Below, piece by piece: positions 1 through 14,440 of a stretch of 64,000 nt of DNA. Position 1 is the stretch's first letter. Every line of letters starts with the position of its first letter. Source of the stretch: Flaccisagitta enflata (lineage: Eukaryota); the NCBI GenBank assembly GCA_965153355.1, contig OZ231126.1:40858001-40922000 (forward strand), written 5' to 3'. The notes beneath the pieces are model-generated. The model saw only the letters and a list, made by a program, of their open reading frames with translations. It did not search any database and was not told the DNA's origin. Both the position numbers and the translations under genes were made by a program.

Positions 1-1109
<1,109 letters not shown>

Positions 1110-1250
1110 CTGAAACCCCGGTAGTGACGTCATTTTAGTGACGTAATCGTGACGTAATCCATCCAACAGAAGGAGCAGAAGTTTGTGATGACCAGCCGTC
1201 AGCGTAAATGGCATTAGAATTAGAAATAACATAAACTTAAGATACGCCAT
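1110..1250 (-). CDS. First coding exon of an ectonucleotide pyrophosphatase/phosphodiesterase family protein (ENPP5/6/7-like); the gene continues off the left edge
   Basis: MAYLKFMLFLILMPFTLTAG resembles a signal peptide. It is followed by KLLLLLLDGLRHDYV..PGF, matching the ENPP N-terminal metal-binding motif (LLxxxDGFRxDY..P.F). A phase-0 donor CAG|GTGATG lies at 1110/1109, after which the frame becomes (GAT)n. Confidence 0.8.
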
Positions 1251-2120
1251 TGTTTGAGATATATTCTGCCTGGTCGGTGCTTTGTTTTTTTCTGTGCCTT
1301 TTGCTCTCTGTTGTTATTTAGTCGTCTGTTGTGCATTTGTTTGTTTCCTTCGCGTTTATTTTTTCTGTCATTTTTTGTTTTGTTTTCTATTTCTATTTTT
1401 CAGATCATTGTGTTTGATTCCTTTTTTCTCTCTCTTTCGTTCCTTTTACTTTTACTTTGTGATTTTATGTCCTGTTTTGATATGTTTATGTTCTTCATAC
1501 ATACATACTTTTTTTTTATATCTTTGTACTTCCTCGACAAAAAGTTTTTTTCACGTTTTAGAGGAAATTTTTCTACCTCCTCTTTTGTACTTTTTTCTTC
1601 TTTTTCCCTTGATTTTTTGATGTTTTGCGTACAGACACTACATTGAGAAAGTGTTATTATGGCCGATCGTCAGTTTCATGAATTTGCTCAAATTACTATT
1701 TTTTTTTCGCTATTTCTCATGCTGTGGCATGTATGAATTTAAAGCACAATCAATTGTATTGTTTTGTTTTTTCTTTCGTTGAGAGGCCTGTGAGCACTGT
1801 GTACTACGTCCACGATAAAAAGAAAAGCTGGTTTTCCCTTTTCCTCGCGTTCCACCGGAACGGTTGATCAAATCTACTTCTGTCTCATAAATTACAAGTT
1901 TTCCAATCCGTTTTCCCCCCCAAGTTCCCGTATCTTTTTTACCTTAAGTTTCTTTCTAAGGTTTTGCAATTGAGTCTTTTTTTTTTCATTGAGATTTTGC
2001 CTCCAATTCCACGGCACCCTCGATTATTCTCTCCCGCTTTTTTCCTCTGCTTCCAAACGATGATAAATCGATGGTAAAGCCCGGGGATTTAATTAATCTT
2101 TTTTGGGGGGGCTTCCTTAA

Positions 2121-2308
<188 letters not shown>

Positions 2309-2669
2309 TAATTGTAGACGTTGCCGTTGTTTTTATTTTTGTTTCTGTTGATTACATTGTCGTTGTTATTTTGGTTGTTTTAGTTGGTGATGTTCCAGTG
2401 GTTGTTGAAGGTGAAGCACTTTATCACCGTAGAAAGTTGTATTTGGCTTTTTGTCTTTTTGTTTTTTGTTTTTATCTGTCAACGGTCGCTCTTCAGCTGC
2501 ATATCACGTCTCTATTGAAAATGGCATAGTCTGGGATTATAGATATTTGCCAATCTGAGAAAAGCAGATATCGATATAAGGAACTGCTCTGACTGGAAAT
2601 GAGATCATGAGAACTCGAAAGAAACCTATACTACTAGTATACTAGTAACTAAAAGGAGGAGGAGAAAAA

Positions 2670-2857
2670 GAAGAAGAAAGAAAGAGAAGAAGAAGAAAAA
2701 GAAGAAGAAGAAGAAGAAGAAGAAGAAGAAGAAGAAGAAGAAGAAGAAGAAGAAGAAGAAGAAGAAGAAGAAGAAGAAGAAGAAGAAAATGAAAAAGCAA
2801 AAGAAAAGGGAAAATGAAAAAGAAAATGAAAAAGAAAAAGAAAAAGGAAAAAAAAAA
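2670..2857. repeat. (GAA)n and purine-rich tract
   Basis: Direct inspection. Confidence 0.95.
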
Positions 2858-3397
2858 GCGTTAGATGGTCAGCGGTTCCCTTGCCCTGCCTGAGTAGGTT
2901 GTGGTTGAAGTTGAGGGGAAAGCAGGGCAGCGGCCCAAAGGGATTGATGACCTATGCTTTCACACATGTGGGGAATTTTCTTCTTCTCCTCCTCCTCCTC
3001 CTCCTCCTCCTTCTCCTCCCTCCCTCCCTCCCTCCCTCCCTCTGACTCATATCCTAGCCACAAGGCCCAAATCCCAGCCTTGAGGCCCTAATCCCAGCCT
3101 TGAAGCCATAATTTCAGCCTTGAGGGCCAAATCCCAGCCTCAAGGCCCAAATCCCAGTCTAGGGGCTTCAACGATAGGATTTGGGCCACAAGGTCGAAAT
3201 TTGGTCCTCAAGGCTGGGATTTGGGCTTCAAAGCTGGGATTTGGCCTCAAGGTTGGGATTTGGGCATTGAAGCTAGGATCTAAGTCAGGGGGGACATAGG
3301 AGAAGGAGGAGTAGAAGGAGGAGGAAGAGAAAATTCCCCACATGTGTGAAAGCATATGTCATCGACCCCTTTGGGACCGCTGCCCATTGCCCAAAAA
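2857..3397 (-). mobile_element. Helentron-like non-autonomous element, family B (long subterminal IRs, inverted ~21-bp arrays)
   Basis: gggcagcggccc..ctatgctttcacacatgtggggaattttc is inverted with gaaaattccccacatgtgtgaaagcata..ccgctgccc. The family 3' tail is on one side only; no TSD. Confidence 0.7.
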
Positions 3398-3434
3398 AGA
3401 AAAGGAAAAGGAAAAGAAGAGGAAAATGCAAAAA

Positions 3435-3633
3435 AACAAGGCCGGATACACGGCTACCCCAGACGCGTGCGGGTGGGCAGGGACCATATTTGAGGTCACC
3501 AGAGCATTTGGGCAGGAGCAGTACAGTCAAATAATAAATAACATAAAAAAAGTAAAGTGTGACCATCCGACCCACCAACCAACCAACCGACCAACAAAGC
3601 GGGGTGTAGAGTCGCGTAGCACAAGACTAAAAA
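3435..3633 (-). mobile_element. HINE/DINE-1-like element, family A
   Basis: On minus: TTTAGTC 5' palindrome, GGTY microsatellite, 3' hairpin gccgtgtatccggcc followed by TTGTT. Confidence 0.75.
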
Positions 3634-3634
3634 G

Positions 3635-3964
3635 AACAAGCCCGACCGGGCAAAGATGCGTCCGGGCTGTGTCTCAGCGTGTATTGATCATGTGAATAGT
3701 GATGTTGTCAAACTTTCATATGTATGGAGAGACAGATTTACGAACAGACGGGTGAAAAGACTCTCAAAACATGTTGGTTGATCATTTGTAATTTGTTTCC
3801 GTGTAGGAACTAACCGTGGCCAAAAACAGCCGAGAAACGCGGTTTTTGCACAGGCGTAACGGACGGACGGACGGACGGACGGACGGACGGACGGACGGAC
3901 CGATGGACGGACGGACGGACAGACCCTCTTATAGAGATGCGTTCCGGACGGACGCATCTAAAAA
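3635..3964 (-). mobile_element. HINE-like element, family C (agatgcgtcc); related copies at 5997-6378 and 53509-53753
   Basis: 5' agatgcgtcc..acgcatct palindrome, (GTCC)n, 3' subTIR ggacgcatct, hairpin gcccggtcgggc. Three homologous copies in the window. Confidence 0.75.
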
Positions 3965-4150
3965 GAAAGCGACACCTACAACGACACAGAAAGAGACAAA
4001 GCTCAAAACAAAAACTTAGACAGTGATCAAAAGATAGAGCGAGAGAATCAGATTGACAAATGAGCAGGAAATCAGGAAAAACAGAGAAGCTTCAGACTCA
4101 GATGTTATCTGGAGACGTGCGGACGGACAAAGGGAGAAACCTGTCAAAAG

Positions 4151-4345
<195 letters not shown>

Positions 4346-4657
4346 CAGGCATACAGGCATTCAAGGCGTACAGGCCAATTAAGACGGGGCGAAAGATTCA
4401 CAAACAGGGGGAAATGGACACAATAGAATAAGGACAGACACACAGGATGACAGAAACCGACGGACAGAGAGAGTGGAAGACCGACAGAGACAGAGAGGAA
4501 CAAACCGGTTCTTGACGCAGTAAATTAGGAAATCTTATCTAGGCTTCGTGAGATATGAGAGCTGAGAATTGGAGGAAGCAAACGAAAAGGAGAGAGGAAG
4601 AATGTGATTTTTAAAAAAGAAGGTAGATTTTGAATAAAAAGAGTAGATTAATAAGAA

Positions 4658-5280
4658 AACTAGTCATCCAAGGATCGCACATGGTCAGCGGTACCCTATG
4701 CCCTGCTTGGAGTGATCCAGTGAAGAAGCAGGGCCAATGTCCGGTAGTACATAGGGGTGAATTTCCTGACGTCTTGAAAGGGCATATTTCAGGCCTTAGA
4801 TGAACGATTTAGGCCACTGGATACATATATGAGGGCTGGAAAGCAGAGTTTAGACTTGGAGAGCAGATTTGAGGACTGGAGGGAAAATTCGTAGCATGAA
4901 GGGCTGATTTGATGCTTGGAGGGCTGATTGAAGGTCTGGAGGATAGATTTGAAGTCTGGGGGGCTTATATGAGGCATGGGGGGCTGATTTGAGGTAGGGA
5001 TGTGGAAGCGATTGACTTCCAATTTGGAGGATGGGATAGCTACTAGTATTTGAACTACAAAATGGAAGCGGAAGCGGAAGCGGAAGCGGAAGCGGAAGCG
5101 GTGGAAGCGGCATAAAAATCGACCGCTTCCACATCCCTAATTTGAGGCCTTAATGGTCAATGAGGGGGGACGGATGGAAGGACGCAGGGATGGATGGACG
5201 CAAGGACGTGAGGACAGACGTCTGGAAATTCATCCATGTGTTCTATTGGACATCGGCCATTGGGGGCCGCTGTCCAAAAA
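4658..5280 (-). mobile_element. HINE-like family B element interrupted by a hAT MITE
   Basis: Homologous to 18018-18593 and 63256-63785 (tail gaccatgtgcgatccttggatgactagtt, ~21-bp repeats). Confidence 0.7.
4995..5139. mobile_element. hAT-superfamily MITE
   Basis: TIRs tagggatgtggaagcg / cgcttccacatcccta, a perfect 8-bp TSD atttgagg (4987-4994, 5140-5147) and internal (GGAAGC)n. A second, truncated copy in the opposite orientation lies at 8303-8421. Confidence 0.9.
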
Positions 5281-5996
5281 GAAGAAAGTGAAGGAAGAGA
5301 AGATGAAGAAGACGTAAGAGTCTACAGGAGAGTGTTAGTCGTTGCCCCTTAGACCAAGCCGTGCGCAAAAACTTCTTTAACAGGCATCAAATTGCATTTT
5401 CATCTTCACTGCTGAGAGAAAGAAGAAGGTCAGGTCACAAACAATGCGTGCACTGTTTTTGTTTCAACGAATAAATAAAAATGGAATCACAAATGGCGAT
5501 GAGAGACTCAAATTCGAGTTAAGACAGAGGTAGCTCATGTAAATGTACAACAGGTAATCAAGTTTAAGAGATTTTGTATATGTGGGATGCTGCAATGCAC
5601 TGACAGACCAATATGGAATAGTTCAACTTATTTGATAACCAGTAGATCAACGGACCGACCTACTAAAAGACAGACAGACCAAAGAGTTGCTTAGAGGCTC
5701 ACATGCAGACGACTAAAAAAAGAGAGCAACTCGTTCCTGAGTCTCACGTGTCCAAGGTTGCAGAAGCTGAGGCGCCAGATTAAGATAACCAAGTAGCCAA
5801 CTGACAAGATAAAGAAAGAAGATAGACAGATAGATACAGACCAACAGATAAAGAGAGACTTTGATAGTCACATTCAGTCACTAGGATAGAAACACTCACA
5901 CCGACAAAGACTGATGGACACAGAGGGTAAATGGACTTGTGGTCCTGTGGACCTTTTTGGAGGAGGGGGGGGGGGGCTGCGTTGGTTCCTTTCCTG

Positions 5997-6378
5997 TTTT
6001 TAGATGTGTCCATCAGGAACGCATCTCTACAAGAGGGTTTGTCCGTCCGTCCGTCCGTCAGTCCGTCCGTCCGTCCGTCCATCCGTCCGTCCGTCCATCC
6101 GTCCATCCGTCCATCCGTCCGTCCGTCTGTGCTCCCGTCCGTCCGTTTGTCCATCCATCCATCAGTCTGTCTGTATGTGCTTCCATTACGCCTGGCTGTT
6201 TTTGGCCACGGTGAGATCCTATACTGAAACAAATGATCGACAAACATATTTTGAGAGCCTCCTTCATTACTCTTTCGTTGCATCTGTCTATTCGTCCATC
6301 TGTCTCTCCGTATATGTAACATGTTAAATACACGCAGTGACATAGCCGGGACGCATCATTGCCCCGTCGGGCATGTTT
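5997..6378 (+). mobile_element. HINE-like family C element
   Basis: ttttagatgtgtcc..gcatct, (GTCC)n, ggacgcatc and hairpin gccccgtcgggc. Confidence 0.7.
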
Positions 6379-6596
6379 AGTCACGTGCTACACGACTCTA
6401 CACCCCATTTTGTCTGCCCGTGCATCCGTCGGTTAGTCTGCCAGTTGGTCTGTCACACTTAACTTTTTTCAATTTGTCGGCGTTTACGGGCGGTTTTTAC
6501 ATTACAGATCTTGCCCAAATGGATGGCTAGCCTTTGCTAATACTGCCCCTGCCCACCCACACGCGACTTGCAAAGCCGTGTATCCGGCCTTGTTTT
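6376..6596 (+). mobile_element. HINE-like family A element, head-to-tail with the preceding element
   Basis: tttagtcacgtgctacacgact ... cacgcgact ... gccgtgtatccggccttgtttt. Confidence 0.75.
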
Positions 6597-6811
6597 TCAT
6601 CAACTGAAACAATATCATTCAAAAGCTTGCGTTTCGAGAGGAGAACAAAAGCTGCGCGGGTAAAATATTAAACGCGAGTTTATTAACTCTTAATCAGTTT
6701 TTCCCTCCTCCTATCGAAAACAAGGCAATTAGATTTTTTGAAAGCATGCCTTGAATAGAATTACTTGAGTGGGGAAGAAGGAGAAGAAAGACTGAGGAGG
6801 AAAAAAATGGA

Positions 6812-6975
6812 AACAAGGCCGGATACACGGCCAATACCAGTCGCGGACGGGTGGACAGGGGCGGAAATGCGCGTTTTCGCACTTTCTCAACTCGATAACC
6901 TCTACGGACCAACCGACCAACCAACCGATGGACGGACAAAGCCTCTTATAGAGTTGCTAGTCCGCGACTAAAAAG
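6812..6975 (-). mobile_element. Short HINE-like element, family F (agtcgcggac); others at 16999-17150, 18986-19133 and 35654-35795
   Basis: subTIR agtcgcgga/tccgcgact, GTCG microsatellite and the shared 3' hairpin. Confidence 0.7.
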
Positions 6976-7409
6976 GAGGAGAAAAGAAGGGGGAAGAAGA
7001 AGAAGGATTTTAAGAGGTTTAACGAGAATGAGAATACGCAAAAACAAAATGGAGATTGAGAGAATGGCGAAGAGGCGAGGGCGAAATGGCAACAGAGGTG
7101 GGTTCTAAGGAAATGAAGCACAATGTCTCTCTGTTTTTACCATCAGAACTACAGTAAGAATCAACTCGAGTGCATCTCAAGAGGCTGAACAAAGCAGCCT
7201 CATTTGCACTATCGAAATGCAAGTAAACAAATTGATGAACCAGTGGCTGTCGCCAAAAGATGTGAATTGCAGGTGTTTAATATATCATGTTTAGTTATGA
7301 TAAATTATTTCAAAAAAATGTTAAGATATGAAAATAAATCAGAAAAGATAAGATAGTAAAGAAACAAAACTCAAAGTAAAAAAAAGATAACTTGGAGACA
7401 AGACCTATT

Positions 7410-7673
7410 TTAGGGGAAAGACAGCACAAAGTCAAGACCCAGTATTGAGGAAAGACGGCAAAAAAACATAACTAAGTATTGGGGAAAGACGGCAGAGAGT
7501 CAAAACCCAGTGTAGGGAAAAGACGCCAGAGAAACAAAACCCAGTGTAGGGGAAAAACGGTAGAAAGACAAAACCCAATGTAGGGGAAAGACGGCAGAGA
7601 GTCAAAACCCAGTATAGGGGAAAGACGGCAGAGAGAAAAAACCTAATATAGGGGAAAGACGGCAGAGTGACAA
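7410..7673. repeat. 34-bp minisatellite, about 8 units (taggggaaagacggcagagagtcaaaacccagtg)
   Basis: Direct inspection of the tandem units. Confidence 0.9.
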
Positions 7674-8302
7674 CCCCCCGGAAGGATAAAAAAAAAGGAA
7701 GAAAAAACTAGAGTCATGGGGTGGTGCTAAAGTGAATTGCTAAAGCAATTCACAATAAGATCTTGTACTGAAGCGAACTGAAAAAAAACAAGGCCGGATA
7801 CACGGCTACCCCAGTCGCGTACGGGTGGACAGGGGCAGTGGTAGAAAAGATCACTAGGGCATTTGGGCAGGAGCAGTGAGCTCAAAAAGCTCAAACACGC
7901 CAAAAAAAATAATAGTCGCAAAAGCGTTAGATGGACAGCGGTACCCGTGCCCTGCCCTAGTAGGTTGTGCTTGAAGTTGAAGGGCAGCGGCCCCGAAGGG
8001 GTCGCTGACCTATGCTTTCAGACATATGGGAATTTTCTCCTGCTCCTCTTCCTCCAAAAGTGCGTGGATGGAGACAAGAGTGGTCGTTTGTTAGTTACAG
8101 CTATCTTCTTCTCTTTTTTCCTTTTTTATTTTGTCGTTCTCTTCGTCTCACTAACCATTATTTTCTAGGCCCCCTTCTTGGAAGCGTGCACGTGACTCTG
8201 TACCCTGCTTTGTTGATCAATCCGTCCGTCGGTTGAGGTTGAGGTTGTCATTTAAGGTCAAAAAACACTACTGAGCTCGGTTTTCTAAAGCTGCGTTGTA
8301 AG

Positions 8303-8421
8303 TAGGGATGTTGAAGCGGTCGATTTTAATGCCGCCTCCACCGCTTCCACTTCCGCTTCCGCTTCCATTTTACAGTTCAAATACTATCCCATCCTCTAAA
8401 TTGGAAGCGGTCAATCGCTCC
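8303..8421. mobile_element. Truncated copy of the hAT MITE, in reverse orientation
   Basis: Reverse-complement homology to 4995-5139; one TIR is eroded. Confidence 0.75.
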
Positions 8422-8880
8422 AAAAACTTGTAAGACTCGCGACCTTTCATTTGAAATCCTTTTGGGACTACTGGGTCAAGTGGATAGGACTAGTGGGTAA
8501 TAGGACTACTGAGATGTAGTGCTGTAGGACTACTGGGTTCGACCCCCAAAAACAATCATGAAAGTCATGAGGGCAAATTTGGTCAATTGGGTATGATTTG
8601 CAGAAATTTCAATCATTGAAGAGGTAAAGTTATTTCCGACATTTTATTCAGTTTATAAAGTCATCATTAGATATTTAGATCAGTAGATCTTTATTAATAC
8701 TTGTTATTGTATCGATTGTTTCAGATTAATTTTGAAATACTGATGAAGCACAATCCCAGAATAAGTGTTGACCTTGTTTCCTTTTAGTCTCATTTCGGCG
8801 TTTGGGGAAAAAATAGATCCTCATCCAGATTAAATTGGGAATTTTCCTATCTCATGTTAACCCATCACATATAGACAATC

Positions 8881-9020
<140 letters not shown>

Positions 9021-9283
9021 ATTTGAAAAAGACAAAGAGAGACAGAGACAGAAACAGTGATAGAAAAGACAAGATACAGTAAGCTAATGAATAGACAAGT
9101 TTGTGGCAGACTGACTGACGTTTAGTCAGAAAATCATTTTCGAGCGAAACAAAAAGTGCGAAAATAGAAAAAAAATGTTGAGGAAAAATGGAAGAAAAAA
9201 CTACTGAGACTGCAGATTCCACCCACTGAAAAGGGAAGGCACATTGGAAATCTGCCTGTCTGTCCCCCCCCTAGATTTCTTGT

Positions 9284-9508
<225 letters not shown>

Positions 9509-9942
9509 CATTCACACATATCGCGTGAGGCTGAAAGTGTGGTGTGTGGCGGACTGAAAACGAAATTGGAGGAAAGAATGTTTCAAAGGAAGGAAACGAA
9601 GTTTTGCACAACCTTATTACTATCTTGCTAATAAGTATATCAACATCTGAAACGAAGCCTTAACTTTGGAAGTGTGGTGCTCCCACACAAATAAAGTTTC
9701 AATTACCAGAAAGGTCGCAATTTAACAAGTTAAAAAAAATATTCAAAATAAGACCAATCTCATAATTATAACTTTAATTATTTAAAAGCAACACTCTTTC
9801 AAAGTTGATGCTTTTTTTGAGATGGTGATATTTAGCGAGATAGTAGTCCCAAAAAGTTTTTTTTTCTTTTTTTTTCTTGTAATTTCTAGGAGCATACCAA
9901 GCAGTAATCAAAATTTCCTGATTTATATGCAAGTTATCAACT

Positions 9943-10455
9943 AACAAGCCCAACAGGCCAACAGTCGCGTGCTAAGTTACACAAAACTACACAACTTCAT
10001 ACTACACACAACTACATACTTAACATACTACATACTTAACATACTACATACTTACTATATACTTACATACTGCATACTTACTTACATACATACTTACATA
10101 CTTACATAATTACATACTTACCTATTTACATACATATCTACATACATATTTACATACTTACATACATACATACTTACCTATTTACTTACATACTTACATA
10201 CATACTACATACTTACATACTTACATACATACTTACATACATACTTACATACATACTTACATACATACTTACATACTTAGTTACTTACATACTTACATAT
10301 TTACTTACATACTTACATACATACTACATACTTACATACTTACATACATACTTACATACATACATACATACATACTTGCTTACATACTTACATACTTACT
10401 TACATACTTACATACTTACTTACTTACATACTTATATACTTACATACATACTTAC

Positions 10456-10486
<31 letters not shown>

Positions 10487-11681
10487 CATACATACATACA
10501 TACATACTTACTTACATACTTACATACATACATACATACTTACATACTTACATACTTACTTACATACATACTTACATACTTACATACTTACTTACATACT
10601 TACATACTTACATACTTACTTACATACTTACATACATACTTACATACTTACATACTTACATACTTACATACTTACATAATTACTTACATACTTACCTACT
10701 TACTCACATACTTACATACTTACATACTTACATACATACATACATACTTACTTACTTACATACTTACATACTTACATACTTACCTACATACTTACATACT
10801 TACGTACTTACATACATACATACTTACTTACATACTTACTTACATACTTACATACTTACATACTTACCTACATACTCACATACTTACATACTTACATACT
10901 TACATACTTACATACTTACATACTTACATACTTACATACTACATACTTACATACTTACATACATACTTACATACTTACATACTTACATACTTACATACTT
11001 ACTTACTTACATACGTACCTACATACATACTTACATACATACTTACATACTTACATACATACTTACATACTTACATACATACCTACATACTCACATACTT
11101 ACATACTTACGTACTTACATACTTACATACTTACTTACTTACATACATACTTACTTACATACATACTTACCTACATACTCACATACTTACATACTATCTC
11201 TGAAAGTTACATACTACAACCTCATACTACATAACTTCATACTACAACTTCATACTTCATAACGTCTGTCCCAAAAAAAGTTACATTCTGAACCAATAAC
11301 GAGTGTCCAATAAAAAGTTGACAAAATACCCAAAATACCCAAAAATACCCAATGATACCCAAAAATACCCAAAAATACCCAAAAATACCCAAATATACCC
11401 AAAAACACCTAAAGATACCAATTAATACTCAACAATACTCAAAAATTACCCAAAAATATATGATAGTACCCTAAAATCCCTTAAGTACCTAAAATAACTT
11501 AAGTACCCTAAAATACCCTGAAGTACCCTAAAGTACCCAGAAATACCCTAGAGTACCTTAAAATACCTTAAAAAACCATAAAAAGTCATAATTTTAAAAA
11601 CGTGACCTACCGACCGACCGACCTACCGACCGACCTACCGACCGACACGGCAAGGTGTAGAGTCGCGTGCACGCGACTAAA
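9943..11681 (-). mobile_element. HINE-like element containing an (ACATACTT)-type satellite (~9980-11260) and an (AAAAATACCC)-type array (~11325-11575)
   Basis: 5' palindrome agtcgcgtgcacgcgact at 11661-11678 with adjacent CCGA repeats. The matching subTIR agtcgcgtgc and the hairpin-plus-AACAA end are at ~9943-9972. Confidence 0.7.
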
Positions 11682-11856
11682 GATATAATTGTATATGTTA
11701 ACATTTTTAAAAAGCGCCCCACGATCAAAAACGTGGCGACAAAAAGCTGTTTTTGGGAGAGTCGTCAAATCGGCGTTGACTGTTGCAGAATCGCGAGTAG
11801 TCATTCATTCATTCGTATATTCTCACATTCTTTAAAAATGAATTCCTTCCTTCCCT

Positions 11857-12178
11857 CATTCATTCATTCATTCATTCATTCATTCATTCATTCATTCATT
11901 CATTCATTCATTCATTCATTCATTCATTCATTCATTCATTCCTTCATTCATTTATTCATTCATTCATTCGTTCATCCATTCATTTATTTGGTCAATCAAT
12001 CATTTATTTAATCTTTTTTTCATTTATTCATCAATTGATTATTTCATTGATTCATTAATTCATTCATACATTCAGTCATTCAGTCATTCAGGCATTCAGT
12101 CATTCAGTCATTCAGTCATTCAGTCATTCAGTCCTTCAGTCATTCAGTCTTTCGACTTTCAGTAATTCAGTCATTCAT
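11857..12178. repeat. (TTCA)n grading into (CAGTCATT)n
   Basis: Direct inspection. Confidence 0.9.
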
Positions 12179-12568
12179 CTATTCAATATCTTTGTCAAAT
12201 ATTTGCATTTATTAAGGTCCAGACGTCCATTCTAAAGTGGAGAAAAGCGCATCATTGGCTCACTCGGCCTTCCCCGTGGAAATTAAGAGAGCAAAAATGG
12301 ATTGACAAAAATTGAGATCAGCACAGGAACATGAAATGTGAAGGGCAATATCTGAAGGAATGAACCAGGGGGAAACCAGGGGGAAGGAAATGGAGGAAGA
12401 AAAGGAGGAAGAAGAAGAAGAAGAAGAAGAAGATGAAGAAGAGGAAGAGGAAGAGCAATAGGAGGAAGAGGAGGGGTAAGAGGAACGAAATTCGAAGGTG
12501 TTGGAATAATGATAACCAGGGCAGAACATCGGCGACGGGATGATGATAAGAAATATCAGGATGTATGC

Positions 12569-12836
<268 letters not shown>

Positions 12837-12985
12837 CGAGGCTCGCAAGCAAATGCTCATTCCAATGGAGTAAAGGATGGCACAGGATTTAGTTCAGTCC
12901 ACACATGGTATTACAAGATTGATTTCCTGTGGCTCCAGACAATGTTGCAAAAGGTCTTTCCCCTTTAATCTCCTAGGGGTTTCAG

Positions 12986-14271
12986 TTTTTAGTTGCGTGC
13001 TACGCGACTCTACACCCCGCTATGTCGGTTGGTCGGTTGGCCGGTTGGGCGGTTGGTCGGTTGGTTGGGCGGTTGGTCCTCTTTTGGGCAGCGGCCCCGA
13101 AGGGGCCTAATGAGCTATGCTTTCACACAGGTGAAATTTCTCCTCCTTCTTCTCCGTCCCTCCCCCCCTTTGAGGCCTAAATCCCAGCCTCGAGGCTCAA
13201 ATCCCAGCCTCAAGGCTCAAATCCCAATCTTGAGGCTCAAATCCCAGCCCTGAAGCTCAAATCCCAGACTTGAGGCACAAATCCGAGCCTCTAGACTCAA
13301 ATCTCAGCCTCGAGGCTCAAGGCTCAAATTCCAACCTTGAGTCTCAAATCCCAGCCTTGAAGCTCCAAACTTGCTAAGCATTGCCGCTGCCCCTCTAACC
13401 ACCACTCATCCACATAAACTCACATGGGGGCAACGGGTACCGCTGAACTTCTAACACTTTTGCGACTATTTACTTTTCCGGCGTTTTTGAGCTTTTTGGG
13501 CAGCGGCCCCAAAGGGGACAAAGTCCTGTAGAACACAGGGGGACTTTTGTTCGTCCGTGCGTCCGTTCGTTCGTCCGTTCGTTCGTTAGTCCCCCCAGTC
13601 CCTCTCAGGCCTGAAATCTGCCCTCTCAGGCCTGAAATATGCCCTCTCAGGCTTAAAATCTGCCCTCTCAGGCCCCAAATCCGGCCTCTCAGGCCTCAAA
13701 TCCGGCCTCTCATGCCTCAAATCCGGCCTCTCATGCCTCAAATCCGGCGTCTCAGGCCCAAATCCAGCCTCTCAGGCCTCAAATCCGGCCTCTCAGGCCT
13801 CAAATCTGGCCTATTGGATCTCAAATCCAGCCTGTAAGGCCTCAAACCTGGCCTCTCAGGCCCCAAATTAGCCCTCTCAGGCCTCAAATTAGGCCTCTCA
13901 TGCTTCAAAGTAGCGCTCTCAGGCTTCAAATCAGACCTGATGGCCATTTAACCCTTGGTTTCGGAAAGCCTTCAGACTCTTGAAGGCCTTCAATCAGCCC
14001 ACTATAGCATTGCATCAACATTTTTAGGCAGGACGAACAAAAGTCCCCCTGTGTTCTACAGGACTTTGTCCCCTTCGGGGCCGCTGCCCTGCTTCCCCTC
14101 ACACGAATTCACAATCATGCATAGTAGGGCAACGGGTATCGCTGACCACATATTGCCCTTGGGCAACCTGTTGAGCATACGGCTCCTGCCCAGATGCCCT
14201 AGTGACCTTCTCCAGCACTGCTCCTACCCACCCCCACGCGACTAGGGTAGCCGTGTATCCGGCCTTGTTTT
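12986..14271 (+). mobile_element. Family A HINE with two nested family B insertions (~13083-13470 and ~13494-14172)
   Basis: The family A 5' end (12986), middle piece (tacttttccggcgtttttgagc) and 3' end (14173-14271) are separated by two elements beginning ttttgggcagcggcccc. Confidence 0.8.
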
Positions 14272-14440
14272 CTTTAGTATGACTTTCCTCTTTGCCCCTC
14301 CCATCCCCCTTTCTGTCTTCCCCACCCCGTTCCCTTTCTTTCTCCCAACACCACCTCCTTCCCTTCACTATCCATTTCTCTTTTCGTTCGCCCCACTTCC
14401 CTTTTGCTTTCACTATCCCCCTGATCAAACCCCCTACATT

